Below, one piece after another: positions 60,584-64,000 of a stretch of DNA of 64,000 nucleotides. Within the stretch, counting starts at the first letter, position 1, and every line of letters starts with the position of its first letter. The DNA lies in contig NC_086101.1 in NCBI RefSeq assembly GCF_963921235.1, forward strand, positions 496,001 through 560,000, read 5' to 3'. Origin of the DNA: Mobula hypostoma. Taxonomy: Eukaryota. The translations under genes and the position numbers were made by a program. The notes under the pieces are model-generated. The model ran no database searches. It was given only the letters and a program-made list of their open reading frames with translations, and was not told where the DNA came from.

Positions 60584-61584
60584 GACTGAAGTACAATTAC
60601 TGTGAGCTCCATCCACACCTTTTCTCTGCACCCCGGGACAGTCCCTTCCCTCTCTCTCAGCGCAATGATCTGTACTCGGGCTCCTGGGAACTTGCTGCTG
60701 ATGAGCGAAGGTGCTGGAGCCGTGGCGGATAGATAGGTTTCTTGCTCATGCGGGGTTCTGGGTAAAGAGGAAGCCATAGATGACAGGACCAGCATTTTCC
60801 CCGTCAGTCTGTAGGGCGTATTTGGAAGCGCAGGGGGAGGGAAGGGCAGCAGATGGATCACTCAGGCACTACGGAGCACCAAAGACCTTACCCTCCAGTA
60901 AATGAAAATATCAATTTGTGCTGCATGAAAAGAGGAAAACAAGTTCCTTACATCAGCTTTAGTCCTTGAGGAAATCACCTTTGTTCCATCTTGTTCTGGA
61001 CCTTTCTACCCGTGAGAACACGTTTAGTACCATTCGCTTTGGGTACATGATGATATCAAATACCTTTGGCCTGGATGACAAGTGACCTGTAGTTTTCACA
61101 TCACAAGTGTGCCACACTCCAATGAGAACGAGGACTGCCCTCCATCATGTTCTTTGGCATTGCCTCTGTTGAGTTCTCCAGCGTCAATCACCTGTGCGGA
61201 GGGGCAGAGTAACTTGAAACTCTCCAGGGTTTGCCATGGAACATCACGTGCTCTTTGTAGTGCTGTAGTACATGACCAGAACTTGAAATAATTTATTTTT
61301 CTCACATTGTGTGGACCAACAATTTGTCTGAAGGTTAAATTTTTTATCCAGCCTGAAAACAGGATGGCTCAATACCACCTGTGTAGTAACAAAGGCTCTC
61401 TGTGTGGGAGCATTTCAGTTACTGCGCAGCTTAGAATAATATGGAACAGAGAATAATACTAATGGAAGGAATCAGACTGAGCCAAGTCAGTGATTGAATG
61501 TCCCATTCTTACACAGGCAGGAAGACTGTCGGAGAATGAGATGAACAGACCAGTTTCTGGCACCATGAACAGTTAGTCTCCTCA

Positions 61585-62018
61585 TCAGATACAGGAGCAG
61601 AATCAGGTCATTTGGACCATCGAGTCTGCTCCACCATTTCATTACAGCTGATCCATTTTCCCTCTCACCCCAGTTTCCTGCCTTCTCCCCATTTCCCTTC
61701 ATGCCCTGACTAATCAAGAATCCATCACCCTCTTGCGTAAAATATACCCAATCACTTGGCCTCCAGATCAACTTAAAACAACAAATTCCACAGATTCACC
61801 ATACTCCAGTTAAAGAAATTGCTCCTCATCTCCATTCTGAAAGAGCAAAGCTCAATTTTGAGGCTGTGTTCTCTGGTCTGAAACTCCCCCATTCCCCCAC
61901 ATCCACTCCATCAAGACTTTTCAATGTTCAATAGATTTCAATGATGGCTCCTTCATTCTTCTGAACTCCAGTCAGTAGATGCCCCAAACCATCAAACACT
62001 CTTCATATGACAAACCTT
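61585..62018 (-). mobile_element. Old CR1 3' fragment
   Basis: CR1 3' UTR similar to 48488-48920. Confidence 0.75.
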
Positions 62019-64000
62019 ACATAGAACATAGAACATAGAATAGTACAGCACAGTACAGGCCCTTCGGCCCACAATGTTGTGCCGACCCTCAAACCCTGTC
62101 TCCCATATAAGCCCCCAACTTAGATTCCTCCATATACCTGTCTAGTAGTCTCTTAAACTTCACTAGTGTATCTGCCGCCACCACTGACTCAGGCAGTGCA
62201 TTCCACGCACCAACCACTCTCTGAGTAAAAAACCTTCCTCTAATATCCCCCTTGAACTTCCTACCCCTTACCTTAAAGCCATGTCCTCTTGTATTGAGCA
62301 GTGGTGTCCTGGGGAAGAGGCGCTGGCTATCCACTCGATCTACTCCTCTTATTATCTTGTACACCTCGATCATGTCTCCTCTCATCCTTCTTCTCTCTAA
62401 AGAGTAAAGTCTTAGCTCCCTTAATCTCTGATCATAATGCATACATTCTAAACCAGGCAGCATCCTGGTAAATCTCCTCTGTACCCTTTCCAATGCTTCC
62501 ACATCCTTCCTATAGTGAGGTGACCAGAACTGGACACAGTACTCCAAGTGTGGCCTAACCAGAGTTTTACAGAGCTGCATCATTACATCGCGACTCTTAA
62601 ACTCTATCCCTCAACTTATGAAAGCTAACTCCCCATAAGCTTTTTTCACTACCCTATCCACCTGTGAGGCAACTTGCAGGGATCTGTGGACATGTACCCC
62701 GAGATCCCTCTGCTCCTCCACACTACCAAGTATCCTGCCATTTACTTTGTACTCTGCCTTGGAGTTTGTCCTTCCAAAGTGTACCACCTCACACTTCTCC
62801 AGGATGAACTCCATCTGCCACTTCTCAGCCCACTTCTGCATCCTATCAATATCTCTCTGCAATCTTTGACAATCCTCTGCACTATCTACAACACCACCAA
62901 CCTTTGTGTCGTCTGCAAACTTGCCAACCCACCCCTCTACCCCCACATCCAGGTCGTTAATAAAAATCACGAAAAGTAGAGGTCCCAGAACAGATCCTTG
63001 TGGGACACCACTCGTCACAGTCCTCCAATCTGAATGTACTCCCTCCACCATCACCCTCTGCTTTCTGCTGGCAAGCCAATTCTGAATCCACCTGGCCAAA
63101 CTTCCCTGGATCCCATGCCTTCCAACTTTCTGAAGAAACCTACCGTGTGGAACCTTGTCAAATGCCTTACTAAAATCCATATAGATCACATCCACTGCAC
63201 TAGCCTCATCTATATGCCTGGTCACCTCCTCAAAGAACTCTATCAGGCTTGTTAGACACGATCTGCCCTTCACAAAGCCATGCTAACTGTCCCTGATCAG
63301 ACCATGATTCTCTAATTCCCTTTAGATCCTATCTCTAAGAATCTTTTCCAACAGCTTTCCCACCATGGATGTAAGACTCACTGGTCTATAATTACCCGGA
63401 CTATCCCTACTACCTTTTTTGAACAAGGGAACAACATTCGCCTCCCTCCAATCCTCCGGTACCATTCCTGTGGACAACGAGGACATAAAGATCCTAGCCA
63501 GGGGCTCAGCAGTCTCTTCTCTCGCCTCATGGAGCAGCCTGGGGAATATTCCGTCAGGCCCCGGGGACTTATCTGTCCTAATGTATTTTAAGAACTCCAA
63601 CACCTCCTCTCCCTTAATATCAACATGCTCCAGAACATCAACCTCACTCATATTGTCCTCACCATCATCAAGTTCCCCCTGATTGGTGAATACTGAAGAG
63701 AAATATTCATTGAGGACCTTGCTCACTTCCACAGCCACCAGGCACGTCTTCCCACCTTTATCTCTAATCGGTCCTACCTTCACTCCTGTCATCCTTTTTT
63801 TCTTCACATAATTGAAGAATGCCTTGGGGTTTTTCTTTACCCTACTCGCCAAGGCCTTCTCATGCCCCCTTCTTGCTCTTCTCAGCCCCTTCTTAAGCTC
63901 TTTTCTTGCTTCAGTATATTGCTCAATAGACCCATCTGATCCTTGCTTCCTCAACCTCATGTATGCTGCCTTCTTCCACCTGACTAGATTTTCCACCTCA
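62019..64000 (-). mobile_element. CR1 subfamily B, continues past window end
   Basis: RT fragments 63322-63996, 62611-63273, 62089-62583; (TTCTATG)n tail. Confidence 0.93.

Larger units (their letters stand above)
56041..61145 (+). repeat. Direct duplication of ~565 bp of unidentified sequence: copy 1 56041-56513 plus 60114-60206; copy 2 60584-61145
   Basis: Collinear match from GACTGAAGT..TGTGAGCTC to GAGGACTGCCCTCCAT. Confidence 0.9.

Noticed and set aside
61200..61295. SSGHVLQHYKEHVMF on minus, loosely like the threonyl-tRNA synthetase SGHWQHY motif
   Set aside because: Flanks do not continue the similarity and contain stops; probably chance
1..64000. Prokaryotic operons, defence systems, tRNA or rRNA genes
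   Set aside because: None seen; the window is spliceosomal-intron vertebrate DNA, and the only tRNA-related sequences are a SINE B-box and the Gypsy PBS

Overview
Eukaryotic, repeat-dense vertebrate DNA. The TE families and TRIM type suggest a cartilaginous fish, probably a ray (inference). One intact host gene is present: a six-coding-exon TRIM (RING/B-box/coiled-coil/PRY-SPRY, 474 aa) on the minus strand (35732->11188), with a ~20.4 kb TE-filled last intron. The rest is nested retroelements: many CR1 LINEs of several subfamilies (one with an intact ORF2), Penelope-like elements (PLEs) carrying minimal hammerhead ribozyme motifs, Rex1/L2-like and I/Nimb-like LINE fragments, the 5' part of a young Ty3/Gypsy element, and a split endogenous retrovirus remnant (env TM, PPT, candidate LTR). 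Main findings: (1) all six CR1 ORF1/ORF2 junctions carry a U_UUA_AAY slippery heptamer at the ORF1 end, and in the copies translated, ORF2 lies in the -1 frame with no AUG, suggesting programmed frameshifting in a LINE; (2) PLE hammerheads and TSD-flanked fold-back mini-insertions; (3) an ERV env remnant with a tandemly amplified membrane-proximal region; (4) a mirror-image duplicated candidate first exon around a CCAAT/GC-box core upstream of the TRIM gene; (5) a duplicated splice donor at the end of the TRIM RING/B-box exon. Boundaries of old TE fragments are approximate.
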